From positions 1 to 46,309 of the forward strand of contig CAOKPF010000006.1 of NCBI GenBank assembly GCA_948470565.1: 46,309 nt of DNA. The letters are read 5' to 3'. The position numbers and the translations under genes were made by a program. This document shows, in pieces, positions 31,393-41,100 of this stretch. The DNA comes from an uncultured Clostridium sp. GTDB taxonomy: Bacteria; Bacillota; Clostridia; TANB77; CAG-465. How positions within the stretch are numbered: position 1 is the stretch's first letter; each line of letters opens with the position of its first letter. The notes beneath the pieces were generated by a model, which had not been told where the DNA came from, searched no databases, and saw only the letters and a program-made list of their open reading frames with translations.

Positions 31393-32043
31393 ATGAATAT
31401 TGATACTAAAATGGCAACTTGTAAATTTGAAAAGATGATTAGAGATTTTAAACCAGAGACTATGAAAATGGATAAAGAGGATAATGTGGCAGTATTTGTT
31501 ATTGATATGATAAATGATTTCACATATACATCTTTGTTAAAAAATCCATTAGCAGTGAAAAAAATACCAGCTATTGCTAAGTTACTAAAAAAGTTCCAAG
31601 AAAATTGCAAGCCAATGTATGCTGTAAATGATAATCATACAAGGGGGTCTGTTGAACTTGATGATTTTCCACCTCATGGAATTGCTACCACTTATGGCGC
31701 CAGCATAGTAGATGAATTAAAGGATTTTAAATATGAGAAAACTTTTACCAAAAATTCTACTAATGGAGCTATAATAAAAGATGTACAAAACTGGCTTGAA
31801 GAGCATAAAGAAATTACCAAAATCGTAGTATGTGGAGTTCTTACAGATATCTGCATAATGCAATTTGCTATGACAATTAAAGCGCTTTGCAATCAGGTGG
31901 ATCGTAAACTTGAAGTTATTGTTCCAGAAGAATGTGTTGAAAGTTATGAGGCGGAAGGACATAATAGAGATGTATATCATTTCATGTCTTTAATATTTAT
32001 GCAGCAGGTAGGTTGCAAGATTGTAAAAAATGTTGAATTTTAA
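31393..32043 (+). CDS. pncA: Nicotinamidase / isochorismatase family cysteine hydrolase
   Basis: VIDMINDF, DNH, KNST and GVLTDIC motifs. Adjacent to pncB. Confidence 0.8.
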   Translation: MNIDTKMATCKFEKMIRDFKPETMKMDKEDNVAVFVIDMINDFTYTSLLKNPLAVKKIPAIAKLLKKFQENCKPMYAVNDNHTRGSVELDDFPPHGIATTYGASIVDELKDFKYEKTFTKNSTNGAIIKDVQNWLEEHKEITKIVVCGVLTDICIMQFAMTIKALCNQVDRKLEVIVPEECVESYEAEGHNRDVYHFMSLIFMQQVGCKIVKNVEF

Positions 32044-32097
32044 AAATTGATTTGTTGTAAATATTAAATAAAAAGTTAATAAACAGGAGGGCATATT

Positions 32098-33303
32098 ATG
32101 AAAAGAATTATAAAAAGTTTATTAGAAAATGACATGTACAAATATAGCATGGGGCAGGCAATTTACAATAATTTTTCTGATTATAAAGCAACATGGACAT
32201 TTAAGTGCCGGAATAAGGATGTGCACTTTACCAAAGAAATGGTAAAGGAAATTAAGCGACAGGTTAAAGAATACTGTAAGTTACGGTACACAGAAGAAGA
32301 ACTTGAGTATCTTGATAGAATAAAATGGATTAAGGGCTCCTACGTTGATTTTCTTCGTATTTGGAAGCCGCATTATAAGGACTTTGAGATTTCTGATAAT
32401 GCTCCATGCGGTTTGTCAATTGAAGCTAAAGGAACTTGGCTAAATACATCAATGTATGAGATACCGGTTTTACAAATCGTAAATGAAGTGTATTTCCGCA
32501 TGAAATACAATTATGATGAAGTATTTGCTTCCTTTAAACAAAAGTTAGAAGAAAAAGTACAAGGACTTATTAATGGAACATATGATATTGGTGTATTTAG
32601 TGAGTTTGGGCTTCGACGTAGGCTATCTTCTGAAGCACAGGAATTGGCAGTAAAAACATTATGTGAGAATAATGCCAGATATCATGATTCCAAGTGTATC
32701 GGTACATCAAATGTATATCTGGCAAAGAAGTTTGGGATAACTCCAGTAGGTACAATGGCTCATGAATGGATTATGTGTGTTGGTCAAGGAAATCACAAAC
32801 ATAATCCGGCATATTCTAACTGGTATGCTTTAGAAGCATGGGTAAAAGAGTATGGGATATTGAACGGGACAGCCTTAACAGATACAATTACAACAGACTG
32901 TTTCTTAAAAGATTTTCAGTTAACGTATGCTACATTATTTAGCGGTGTACGTCATGACAGTGGAGATCCATATGAGTGGGGAGAAAAGATGATTGCACAT
33001 TATGAGAGTTTGGGAATTGATGCAACTACAAAAACTTTACTGTTTAGTGACAGCCTCAATTTCAAAAAAGCCCATGATTTAAGAGCACATTTCAATAGGC
33101 GTGCAAAAGTAGCTTTTGGTATTGGTACGTATTTATCTAACGATACCAATGTAACACCTCTAAATATAGTTATGAAAGTGACACTTTGTAATGGGCAAGA
33201 TGTTGCAAAGATTTCTGATACTCCAGGAAAGGGCATGTGCAAGAATCCAGAATATGTTGATTACTTGCAAAGAAGTATTGATTGGCGTATGGCACATGAG
33301 TAA
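32098..33303 (+). CDS. pncB: Nicotinate phosphoribosyltransferase
   Basis: SLLENDMYKYSM, SEFGLRRR, GTMAHEW, RHDSGDP, FSDSL and KISDTPGK motifs. Confidence 0.95.
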   Translation: MKRIIKSLLENDMYKYSMGQAIYNNFSDYKATWTFKCRNKDVHFTKEMVKEIKRQVKEYCKLRYTEEELEYLDRIKWIKGSYVDFLRIWKPHYKDFEISDNAPCGLSIEAKGTWLNTSMYEIPVLQIVNEVYFRMKYNYDEVFASFKQKLEEKVQGLINGTYDIGVFSEFGLRRRLSSEAQELAVKTLCENNARYHDSKCIGTSNVYLAKKFGITPVGTMAHEWIMCVGQGNHKHNPAYSNWYALEAWVKEYGILNGTALTDTITTDCFLKDFQLTYATLFSGVRHDSGDPYEWGEKMIAHYESLGIDATTKTLLFSDSLNFKKAHDLRAHFNRRAKVAFGIGTYLSNDTNVTPLNIVMKVTLCNGQDVAKISDTPGKGMCKNPEYVDYLQRSIDWRMAHE

Positions 33304-33339
33304 ATTAATTGTAAGTAGCAAGCTTAAAAATAATACTAA

Positions 33340-33380
33340 AAATATAACAAGTGGGAATTTTTCCTACTTGTTATATTTTT
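33340..33380 (+). terminator. Intrinsic terminator after pncB
   Basis: AATATAACAAGTGGGAA / TTCCTACTTGTTATATT stem plus a T run. Confidence 0.7.
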
Positions 33381-33532
33381 TGTCTTTTAAAATTGTTATT
33401 ATAACATTATTTAAGAATAAATAATTTATAGTAAGTAAAAATAATATACTAAAAAGGAATAATCATACAATAAAGACTAATATTTTTTGGTAGAAAAAAT
33501 ATTATATATAAACTTATATTTTCATAATATGT

Positions 33533-33560
33533 ACACTATTTAAAATAAATTTCATAAAAT
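33533..33560 (+). promoter_or_regulatory. Candidate sigmaK promoter of yabG
   Basis: ACAC-16 bp-CATAAAAT. yabG is sigmaK-dependent in Bacillus subtilis. Confidence 0.4.
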
Positions 33561-33578
33561 ACTTTAGAGGTGTTTTAT

Positions 33579-34445
33579 ATGGAAAAATTTAATATAGGAG
33601 ATATAGTGGCAAGAAAGTCATATGATTTTGATATATTATTTAAAATTACAGCAATAAATGGTAATATGGTAGATCTAGTTGGTTTAAATGTGAGAATAAT
33701 TGCTGATGCACCAGAATTCGATTTGAAAATTATGGATAAAAATCAAGTAGAAAGAATGGTTTCAAATATAGAAAAAAGTAGAAGAATGAGAATTAATAGA
33801 TGCTATAATAATTTAACTAAAAAAAACAGTATTAAAAGGGAACAAACTATGCCTTTTGAAGTAGTAAATCCGTATGAAAATAGTAATATGACAAGAAAGC
33901 CAGGTACAGTATTACATATAGATGGAGATGCCGAATATGCTAGAAAATGCAAAGAAATATATACTAGAATGGGGATAACATCTTTTTCATATTATATTCC
34001 AGAACCAGAACAGTACAAGCAGGTATATAGTTTACTTCAAAAATTACGTCCTAATATTTTAATTCTTACTGGACACGATGCGTTTATGAGAAAGAAAAAT
34101 GATATATATAACATTGATAATTACAAGAATTCAAGACATTATGTACAGGCAGTACTTGAAGCTAGAAGGTATGAACATAGTTTAGATAATTTAGTTATAT
34201 TTGCAGGAGCATGTCAAAGCTTTTACGAGGCCATAATACAGGCAGGAGCTAATTTTGCTAGTTCCCCCAAACGTGTGTTAATTGATATGATGGATCCACT
34301 AGTAGTGTCAGAAACAATAGCATATACATCAGTAGATGAGTTTGTTCCAATTGTAAACATTATATCTAACACAAGAGAAGGAATAAGAGGAGTTGGTGGA
34401 GTACAAACAAGAGGACAATTAAGATATGGTATGCCAATTACATGA
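33579..34445 (+). CDS. yabG: Sporulation peptidase YabG
   Basis: GDIVARKSY..DILF, PGTVLHIDGD, LTGHD, FAGACQS and GANFASSP motifs. Confidence 0.95.
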   Translation: MEKFNIGDIVARKSYDFDILFKITAINGNMVDLVGLNVRIIADAPEFDLKIMDKNQVERMVSNIEKSRRMRINRCYNNLTKKNSIKREQTMPFEVVNPYENSNMTRKPGTVLHIDGDAEYARKCKEIYTRMGITSFSYYIPEPEQYKQVYSLLQKLRPNILILTGHDAFMRKKNDIYNIDNYKNSRHYVQAVLEARRYEHSLDNLVIFAGACQSFYEAIIQAGANFASSPKRVLIDMMDPLVVSETIAYTSVDEFVPIVNIISNTREGIRGVGGVQTRGQLRYGMPIT

Positions 34446-34453
34446 TAAAATAC

Positions 34454-34493
34454 AAAAATCGCTGAATTTACTATAAAGTAATCAACGATTTTT
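34454..34493. repeat. Dispersed palindromic repeat, divergent copy 5 (between convergent genes)
   Basis: AAAAATCGCTGAATTTACTATAAAGTAATCAACGATTTTT. Confidence 0.6.
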
Positions 34494-34507
34494 TATTGTT
34501 CTTAATT

Positions 34508-34861
34508 TTAAACATAATCAGGTGAATAATATCTATTTGGGTATTTTTTGTTTATTGTTAGAGGAATAAAATTATATTCTCTAAATAGTTCTTCAATAAC
34601 AATATCTTCATTTTTGTATAAATATAAACGTCTTATGTATTTTTCATGTAATTCATATATAGAAATATTAGGTTTTATATAAATTCCATCAGAATTAAAT
34701 TTTCCAATAATTACTTTCGTTTGAATATATGGTTGTGTGTCAAATTCTTTAAGTGTTTTTATATCAATAAAGTGTTCAATATCATTTAAATGATTTTCAC
34801 AACTTTGTTTAAGACCAAAAGAATATACTAATTTTAGTTTCTTAAGTTTGTAATTTTTCAA
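34508..34861 (-). CDS. Hypothetical protein
   Basis: TTG start after AGGGGGA RBS, downstream of the deaminase. Confidence 0.6.
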   Translation of the reverse strand: MKNYKLKKLKLVYSFGLKQSCENHLNDIEHFIDIKTLKEFDTQPYIQTKVIIGKFNSDGIYIKPNISIYELHEKYIRRLYLYKNEDIVIEELFREYNFIPLTINKKYPNRYYSPDYV

Positions 34862-34886
34862 ACTTATTCCCCCTAACAGTAATTTA

Positions 34887-35375
34887 TTATAAATTTAATA
34901 TAATATTTCTTAGAGTTTTTGTATAAGGTGTAAAATTAATTTTAGAGATTGAAAGTAATTTTTTAGATATACATGTCATAGGTAAGTCATGGTATTTATC
35001 TTCTAAATAAATTACATTTTTTATACCAGATTGAATTATAGCTTTTGCACATTCGTTACAAGGAAATAGTGTTACATATAATGTAGAATTTTTGAGAGTT
35101 ACACCATTACGAGCAGCATTTAAAATAGCATTAAGTTCAGCATGACATACATATGGATATTTTGTATTCTCAGGCAGTCCTTCTCTTTCCCAAGGTAAAA
35201 TATCATCAGGATAACCTATTGGAGCCCCGTTATATCCAAGTGATAAAATATTATGCTCATTATCTACAATACATGCTCCTACTTGTGTATTAGGATCTTT
35301 ACTCCGCTTTGATGCAAATATTGCTAAACCCATAAAATATTCTTCCCAACTAATATTATCGTCTCTTTTTGGCAT
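34887..35375 (-). CDS. dCMP deaminase (ComEB family)
   Basis: RSKDPNTQVGAC, HAELNAI and FPCNEC motifs. GGAGG RBS before ATG 35375. Confidence 0.93.
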   Translation of the reverse strand: MPKRDDNISWEEYFMGLAIFASKRSKDPNTQVGACIVDNEHNILSLGYNGAPIGYPDDILPWEREGLPENTKYPYVCHAELNAILNAARNGVTLKNSTLYVTLFPCNECAKAIIQSGIKNVIYLEDKYHDLPMTCISKKLLSISKINFTPYTKTLRNIILNL

Positions 35376-35829
35376 ATTAATTCCTCCATTCAATTTTTTT
35401 CCTATTATATCATTACATTAATATAATGTCAATTAAATTTACATAAATTGTACTTAATGTTAATAAAAATTAATATATATTTTTATTAATAAAAAATTTG
35501 TATAGTATATAAATTATTTTAATATATATAATAATAAAATTTTAGTATTAATAGAAATATGATTGTAATATTTGGAGTATCAGGGAATTTTTGAAAAATA
35601 TGGATTATTAAAAAAATATGTATAGCTTTTTTTATGTAAAAATTTTTTTGAAAAGCTATATTTATTACAATATATATAACAGTATAAAAAACATATAATT
35701 ACATAAATGGAAAAAAATTCCTATGACTTATTTTTAATATTGTTATAAACTAATAGCATAAATTAATTACAAAATAGTATAAAAAAATGTAATTTAACTA
35801 ATAATATTAAAAAACGTCAGGAGGTAATT

Positions 35830-36375
35830 ATGAAAGCAACAGGGATTGTAAGAAAAATTGATGAATTAGGAAGAGTTGTTATACCTAAAGAAATTAGGAA
35901 GGCGCTTAGAATTAGGGAGGGTGATCCATTAGAAATTTACACAGAAAAAAATGGCGAAATTGTTTTAAAAAAGTATGCACCTATGGGAGATATTTTAGAA
36001 ATTGTTACACAATATGTTGAATCTCTTGCATATACTACTGAATTTATAGCATGTGTTACAGATACAGAAACTATAATTGCTATTTCTGGAGCTCCAAAAT
36101 CAGATTTTCTCGAAAAAGAAATAAGTGAGCATGTTTTAAATGTAATGGAAGAAAGAGCAATTTGGTCTACAAAGGATGATACCAAAATGCCAATACTAGA
36201 TGGAGAAAAAACAACTAAATATACAGCGCAGATAATTGCTCCAATAATTTCGGATGCAGATGCAATAGGCACAGTTATATTGTTCTCGTTTGATCATAAT
36301 CAAAAAATAACAGATACAGAGTATAAAATGGTAAAATCAGCAGCTAATTTCCTTGGAAGACAAATGGAGACATGA
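35830..36375 (+). CDS. spoVT: Stage V sporulation protein T
   Basis: MKATGIVRKIDELGRVVIPKEIR AbrB domain, a GAF-like region, and the C-terminus FLGRQME. Confidence 0.93.
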   Translation: MKATGIVRKIDELGRVVIPKEIRKALRIREGDPLEIYTEKNGEIVLKKYAPMGDILEIVTQYVESLAYTTEFIACVTDTETIIAISGAPKSDFLEKEISEHVLNVMEERAIWSTKDDTKMPILDGEKTTKYTAQIIAPIISDADAIGTVILFSFDHNQKITDTEYKMVKSAANFLGRQMET

Positions 36376-36398
36376 TGTAAATTAAAATACAGGATAGC

Positions 36399-36842
36399 TT
36401 ATAATTCTATCCTGTATATATATGCAGTTTCATGAGTATCAGCATAGTAATTTTTTCTTTTATTAATAAGTACAAAATTGCATTTTTCATAAAGTTTTTG
36501 AGCTTTTATATTTGTTTTTCTTACTTCTAAAAATAAATATTTTATATTTTTGTCTTTTAAGAACTTTTTTATAAAATTAATTAAGTATGTTCCATATCCT
36601 TTATTTTGGTAATTAATATCAATAACAATTGCTAATATATCCGCTTCATCTACTGCTATTGATATTGCTATATATCCTATTATACTATCATGTAATTTTA
36701 ATATAAAATAATAATAATTGTCATATTTTAAATCATTTAATATATTTTCTTTAGATAATATATGTATATTTTGTCTAGTTTCTAAATCTAATACATAATC
36801 AATATAGTTTTCACTCATTATTTCAATCGTAACATCATTCAT
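36399..36842 (-). CDS. rimI: Ribosomal protein alanine N-acetyltransferase
   Basis: YQNKGYG, LEVRKTN..AQKLYEK and RKNYY motifs. Follows tsaB. Confidence 0.88.
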   Translation of the reverse strand: MNDVTIEIMSENYIDYVLDLETRQNIHILSKENILNDLKYDNYYYFILKLHDSIIGYIAISIAVDEADILAIVIDINYQNKGYGTYLINFIKKFLKDKNIKYLFLEVRKTNIKAQKLYEKCNFVLINKRKNYYADTHETAYIYRIEL

Positions 36843-37566
36843 TATTTTTAAGCCTTTCTGCTTGAGATAGTCTAGCATATATTGCATTAAGAGAAAAAGC
36901 ATTAAACATATAGTCTTGAATGTTTGAAATATTTTCTTCAATATATATTAAGTCTTTTGTAGTAGGATACATACAAAATTGTTCACACTTAAAATTTTGT
37001 GATATTATTTTAGTATATTTATTTATTGCATCTCCTGAAAGTATAACATCTGTTTGAGATAAATTATTTTCTAATATGTAAGCTGATATTTTACATATTG
37101 CTTCGTCAATTGTTAGATTTGATATAGCTAAAACATTATTACTGCAAATTTTACTAGAACTATTTATAAATACTTCAAACATAGAAAAATATACACGGTT
37201 ATTTCTAGCATCTATTAAAGAGGCAATATATTTTGGACTATTGATTTCAAGTTTTAAATATGTTGAAATAGCAATAGCTTCAAGGCTAGATATTGCAAAG
37301 CAATCTTTGTTTTGAACTTGCAAAAAAGCTTTTAAAGTAGAAAGACCAATTCTAATTCCAGTAAAAGAGCCTGGACCATTTAGACAAGCAAATCTATCTA
37401 TATCATTTAATGTAATATTATTACTTACTAAAATTTCGTCAATTAAAGGTAATAGCTTTTCTGAATGTGTAACTTCATTATCAATTCTTCTTTCATCAAT
37501 TATATCATTATTTTTTAATGCAACAGATGCAATTTTTGTAGTTGTATCAACAGCTAATATATTCAA
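36835..37566 (-). CDS. tsaB: tRNA t6A biosynthesis protein TsaB
   Basis: ILAVDTT, HSEKLLP, GPGSFTGIRIG and DAR motifs. Confidence 0.93.
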   Translation of the reverse strand: MNILAVDTTTKIASVALKNNDIIDERRIDNEVTHSEKLLPLIDEILVSNNITLNDIDRFACLNGPGSFTGIRIGLSTLKAFLQVQNKDCFAISSLEAIAISTYLKLEINSPKYIASLIDARNNRVYFSMFEVFINSSSKICSNNVLAISNLTIDEAICKISAYILENNLSQTDVILSGDAINKYTKIISQNFKCEQFCMYPTTKDLIYIEENISNIQDYMFNAFSLNAIYARLSQAERLKNNE

Positions 37567-37567
37567 T

Positions 37568-38062
37568 TTAATCCCTCCAAATATGAAAATGTCTAGTATT
37601 AGTACCAGATTTTGTTATATCTATAGTTATTGTATTACTAGGCAAAATATCTTTAATAATTTGCCCCCATTCTATAAAACAAATACCATTATAAAAATAA
37701 TCATCTCCAATATCTTCTAAAAACTCATCACATGACTTAATTCTGTAAACATCAAAATGAAATATATTTTTATTACTATCAGTGGTGTATTCATTTACTA
37801 TTGAAAATGTAGGGCTAGAAACGTCTTGTTTTATTTTAAAAAACTCAGCTACACCTGTCATAAATACAGTTTTGCCAGAACCAAGTTCACCATTTAATAC
37901 AATTATATCACCTGTATCTAAAAATTTTGATATAATATTTCCAAGCATTTTTGTTTCATCTGGCAAAGTAGATGTAAAGTTTATATCAAATCTAGGCTTT
38001 ATTAAATTAGTGGCTAGTTTTTCTTGTATAATATTTAATTTTTCTTTTGGACTATTTTCCAT
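37568..38062 (-). CDS. tsaE: tRNA t6A biosynthesis ATPase TsaE
   Basis: GELGSGKT, SSPTF, HFDVYR and IEW motifs. Confidence 0.93.
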   Translation of the reverse strand: MENSPKEKLNIIQEKLATNLIKPRFDINFTSTLPDETKMLGNIISKFLDTGDIIVLNGELGSGKTVFMTGVAEFFKIKQDVSSPTFSIVNEYTTDSNKNIFHFDVYRIKSCDEFLEDIGDDYFYNGICFIEWGQIIKDILPSNTITIDITKSGTNTRHFHIWRD

Positions 38063-38152
38063 ATTCTCACCGAATATATTATATCAGAAAAAATAGTAAA
38101 ATTCAATCAAAAAAATATATATGAATAAATTACAAAAGTAACAAAAGATATG

Positions 38153-38181
38153 TTGACATAAAACAAAAAGTATGATATACT
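38153..38181 (+). promoter_or_regulatory. sigmaA promoter of the SpoVT-like paralog
   Basis: TTGACA-17-TATACT with extended -10 TG. Confidence 0.6.
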
Positions 38182-38242
38182 AAAGAAGATTTTTTTAATG
38201 GTTACTTTATTAATTAAGAAAGTAAAAAAAGGAGGTAGTATT

Positions 38243-38944
38243 ATGAATACAGTTGGAATGGTAAGGACATTAGATAATTTAGGAAGGATTACTATGCCAA
38301 AGGAGTTTAGGAACATACTTGGTTTTAAAGAAGGTAGGCTAATAGAAATACTTGAAGAAAAAAATGGTGAAATAATTTTAAAGAAATGTACAGAAGAAAC
38401 TAAAGGAGTTGTTAGAAAATTAGACCAATTGGGTAGGTTTGTTATTCCTAAAAAAACTAGGAAAAGATTTGGAATTAAAAATGGGGATAATATAGAAATG
38501 TTGGCAAGAGAAGATGGAAACATAATTGTTAAGAAGTATTTAAATGTGGATTTTCAAAAATCTGCATATAATGAACATGTTGCACAAATCAGACAGTATG
38601 CGGATTTTTTAGCAGGACTTACTAATTTTGTAACTTGTATTACTGATAAAAATGAGGTAATTGCAATTTCAGGAGAGGAAAATAAATATTATCTTGGCGG
38701 AATGGTAAGTAAAAAAGTTTTATGTATGGCAGAAAAAGGAGGAATATTGTATACAAGTTGCCAATTTTTACCTATATTGCAAGATGAAGATGTTTCTAAA
38801 TATAAATTACAAATAATTGTACCAATAATCAAATATCAAAAAACAATAGGGACAATTATATTATTCTCTTGTGATTGCAATAAATCAACAAATATCTATG
38901 GAATAGCAAGAATGGCAGCAGAAGATTTAAGTAATAAAATGTAA
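38243..38944 (+). CDS. SpoVT-like regulator with two tandem AbrB domains
   Basis: GMVRTLDNLGRITMPKEFR and GVVRKLDQLGRFVIPKKTR, then a region similar to the SpoVT C-terminus (CITDKNEVIAISG, QIIVPII, IGTIILFS). Confidence 0.85.
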   Translation: MNTVGMVRTLDNLGRITMPKEFRNILGFKEGRLIEILEEKNGEIILKKCTEETKGVVRKLDQLGRFVIPKKTRKRFGIKNGDNIEMLAREDGNIIVKKYLNVDFQKSAYNEHVAQIRQYADFLAGLTNFVTCITDKNEVIAISGEENKYYLGGMVSKKVLCMAEKGGILYTSCQFLPILQDEDVSKYKLQIIVPIIKYQKTIGTIILFSCDCNKSTNIYGIARMAAEDLSNKM

Positions 38945-38990
38945 CTGGTAAAAATTATAATATAAAATTATATATAATGGAGGAATTTTT

Positions 38991-39479
38991 ATGAAGGAAA
39001 GATTAATTAATTTGATAGAGTCATTTGAATTACCAGAAATTATAACTTTTATTATAACAGGAATAGTATCTATATTATTATTTATAATACTTTTTGAAAA
39101 ATTAGATATAACACCTGCAACAGTTGCAGATTTTGAACAATTGGAAAAAATAGAAGTAAACAGTTTTCAAGATATAGAAGAACTTAAGAATAGTAATATA
39201 GATTTTAGTTTTGAAAAGAAAAACGGGATTATAAAAATTGATTTTGAAAATGAAGAATGTAAAGTTACAAAAAAATACGATGAAAATTTTAAAGTATTAA
39301 CTGTGTACAAGATAGATAAATCAAATAATTTATTATCAGAATTATTTGGTATAGTATTAATCTCTGGTATTATATGGCATATTTTGTATTGTATATGTTT
39401 GTTTCTAATTGCATTATTTTTATTTTTAATAGAATCCTTAATACAAGGTTTAAGAAAATGTTTATATAAATTATTATAA
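38991..39479 (+). CDS. Hypothetical membrane protein
   Basis: GGAGG RBS, with N- and C-terminal hydrophobic segments. Confidence 0.7.
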   Translation: MKERLINLIESFELPEIITFIITGIVSILLFIILFEKLDITPATVADFEQLEKIEVNSFQDIEELKNSNIDFSFEKKNGIIKIDFENEECKVTKKYDENFKVLTVYKIDKSNNLLSELFGIVLISGIIWHILYCICLFLIALFLFLIESLIQGLRKCLYKLL

Positions 39480-39502
39480 ATATTATTACAAGTAATATAA
39501 AA

Positions 39503-39592
39503 GGGACTGTAAAAATCATTGAATTTACATATGTTATTTTCAATGATTTTTATTGTTATTTGTAGTATATATCTAGTTTATTATTTTACATC
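39503..39592. repeat. Dispersed palindromic repeat, copy 6
   Basis: Core AAAAATCATTGAATTTACATATGTTATTTTCAATGATTTTT at 39511-39551. Begins GGGACTGTAAAA and ends TTTTACATCA. Confidence 0.78.
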
Positions 39593-39750
39593 AAAATTAT
39601 GAAAATGATATATTGAATAATTAAATTTTATATAATTTTTTTGAAAAAGCTTGATATTGACAATAAATGCTATTTATGATAGAATTATGAAAATTTTTTA
39701 TATACTGTTGTAATTAACAAAGTAGTACAAATTAAAAAGGAGGCTAATTA

Positions 39751-40056
39751 ATGAGTAATAAGCTAAAGAAACATCGTAAATCAAATGATACATTAAGGGC
39801 TTGCTATTTACGCCAAAGAGGTTATTTTATGTTATTTTTTGAAGTAGGTAATGTAACAGAAATACGGAATTTATATTATCCTTTTTTTCGATTATTTGAC
39901 TTCAATGGTTTAAAAATGGAACATAACATAAGTCAACTTGCTACTGAGCTAAATAAATATGGAATTTATAAGTCAGATATTGAAAGAGTTATTATTGAAG
40001 CATGTAATGAGGCACATGAAAGTATTCCAAAATATTTGCGTACAAAGAAAAGATAA
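39751..40056 (+). CDS. Hypothetical protein
   Basis: AAGGAGG RBS. Promoter TTGACA(39657)-17-TAGAAT(39680). Confidence 0.7.
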   Translation: MSNKLKKHRKSNDTLRACYLRQRGYFMLFFEVGNVTEIRNLYYPFFRLFDFNGLKMEHNISQLATELNKYGIYKSDIERVIIEACNEAHESIPKYLRTKKR

Positions 40057-40129
40057 TATTTTTAGTATTACGCATTTAAAGTGTTTAAGTAACTATAAAT
40101 TATTTTTATTTCTGTTAAGGAGGTACTGT

Positions 40130-41038
40130 ATGGGAAATTTTTGTTTAAAAGAAAAATCTATTGAGATTGACGATGCATATATGATTTATCTTAATAATTT
40201 TGAAAATTTTATGAGTGGGAAATCAATAGATATGCGTATTGGAAATATTGATGCTAAAACAGGACCAACTCTAAATATATTGTACCGTTATGGTGGTTAT
40301 TATAGAGTTATATCAAGAGGAAAATTAATGGAAATACCTATTAAATATGTAAGATATGTAAGAGTATTAGAGTTGCGAAAAGAAGATAAGTTACCATTAT
40401 ATTTATTAAAGATAAAAGATACTGCACTTTGTTCAGTAGAACGAGATTATGAGCAAATAGATAAAAATTCTTATGTAATATTGCCTGCTGAATTTAAATT
40501 GGTAGATATGTATTATATAGATTATAATGAAATTTCCAGATATATAGGTGATAAAATTAATGAAGATGTTACAGATAAAATGTATGTAAATATATATAAA
40601 AAGAGACAATATGCGGCGTTTGTTAAGTATGAAGTAGTGATTGATGAAATTAAAACTTATGGAATTTTGTACTTAAGTACCGAGTATATAAAGCTTGTAA
40701 TTCCTCATGGAGTATATGAAGATATATTTTATGATGAATGCGGTAATTGTTTTTATGCCAAAACTCATAATAACAGGTATCACATATTAGATAGAGATGG
40801 AAATGTAATTATTGAAACTAGGGTAAAATGTAAAAGGTATAAGAGAACTAACTTTTATTATTCATATGGATTTAAGCATACTTTTAGGAAAACAGGTCCA
40901 GCTCCAACTGATTATGAAAGAGAAGTTGGTGAGATAATTACTAAGGGGATGTATATTATAGGACTTAATATAGAAGAGAATGAAGAGGATATTCATTTAC
41001 TACATTTTTATGCTCCAGATACTAACACTTTGGTTTAA
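40130..41038 (+). CDS. Hypothetical tyrosine-rich protein
   Basis: AAGGAGG RBS before ATG 40130. No recognisable motif. Confidence 0.7.
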   Translation: MGNFCLKEKSIEIDDAYMIYLNNFENFMSGKSIDMRIGNIDAKTGPTLNILYRYGGYYRVISRGKLMEIPIKYVRYVRVLELRKEDKLPLYLLKIKDTALCSVERDYEQIDKNSYVILPAEFKLVDMYYIDYNEISRYIGDKINEDVTDKMYVNIYKKRQYAAFVKYEVVIDEIKTYGILYLSTEYIKLVIPHGVYEDIFYDECGNCFYAKTHNNRYHILDRDGNVIIETRVKCKRYKRTNFYYSYGFKHTFRKTGPAPTDYEREVGEIITKGMYIIGLNIEENEEDIHLLHFYAPDTNTLV

Positions 41039-41100
41039 ATTCCAATTTGTTAAAAGCATTAGATATATAAACAAAGATATATATTATTGGAGGTATTTTT

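Noticed and set aside
27787-33303. Phage NAD reconstitution pathway or prophage
   Set aside because: No phage structural, integrase or replication genes are present. The gene set and NrtR fit a bacterial salvage regulon.
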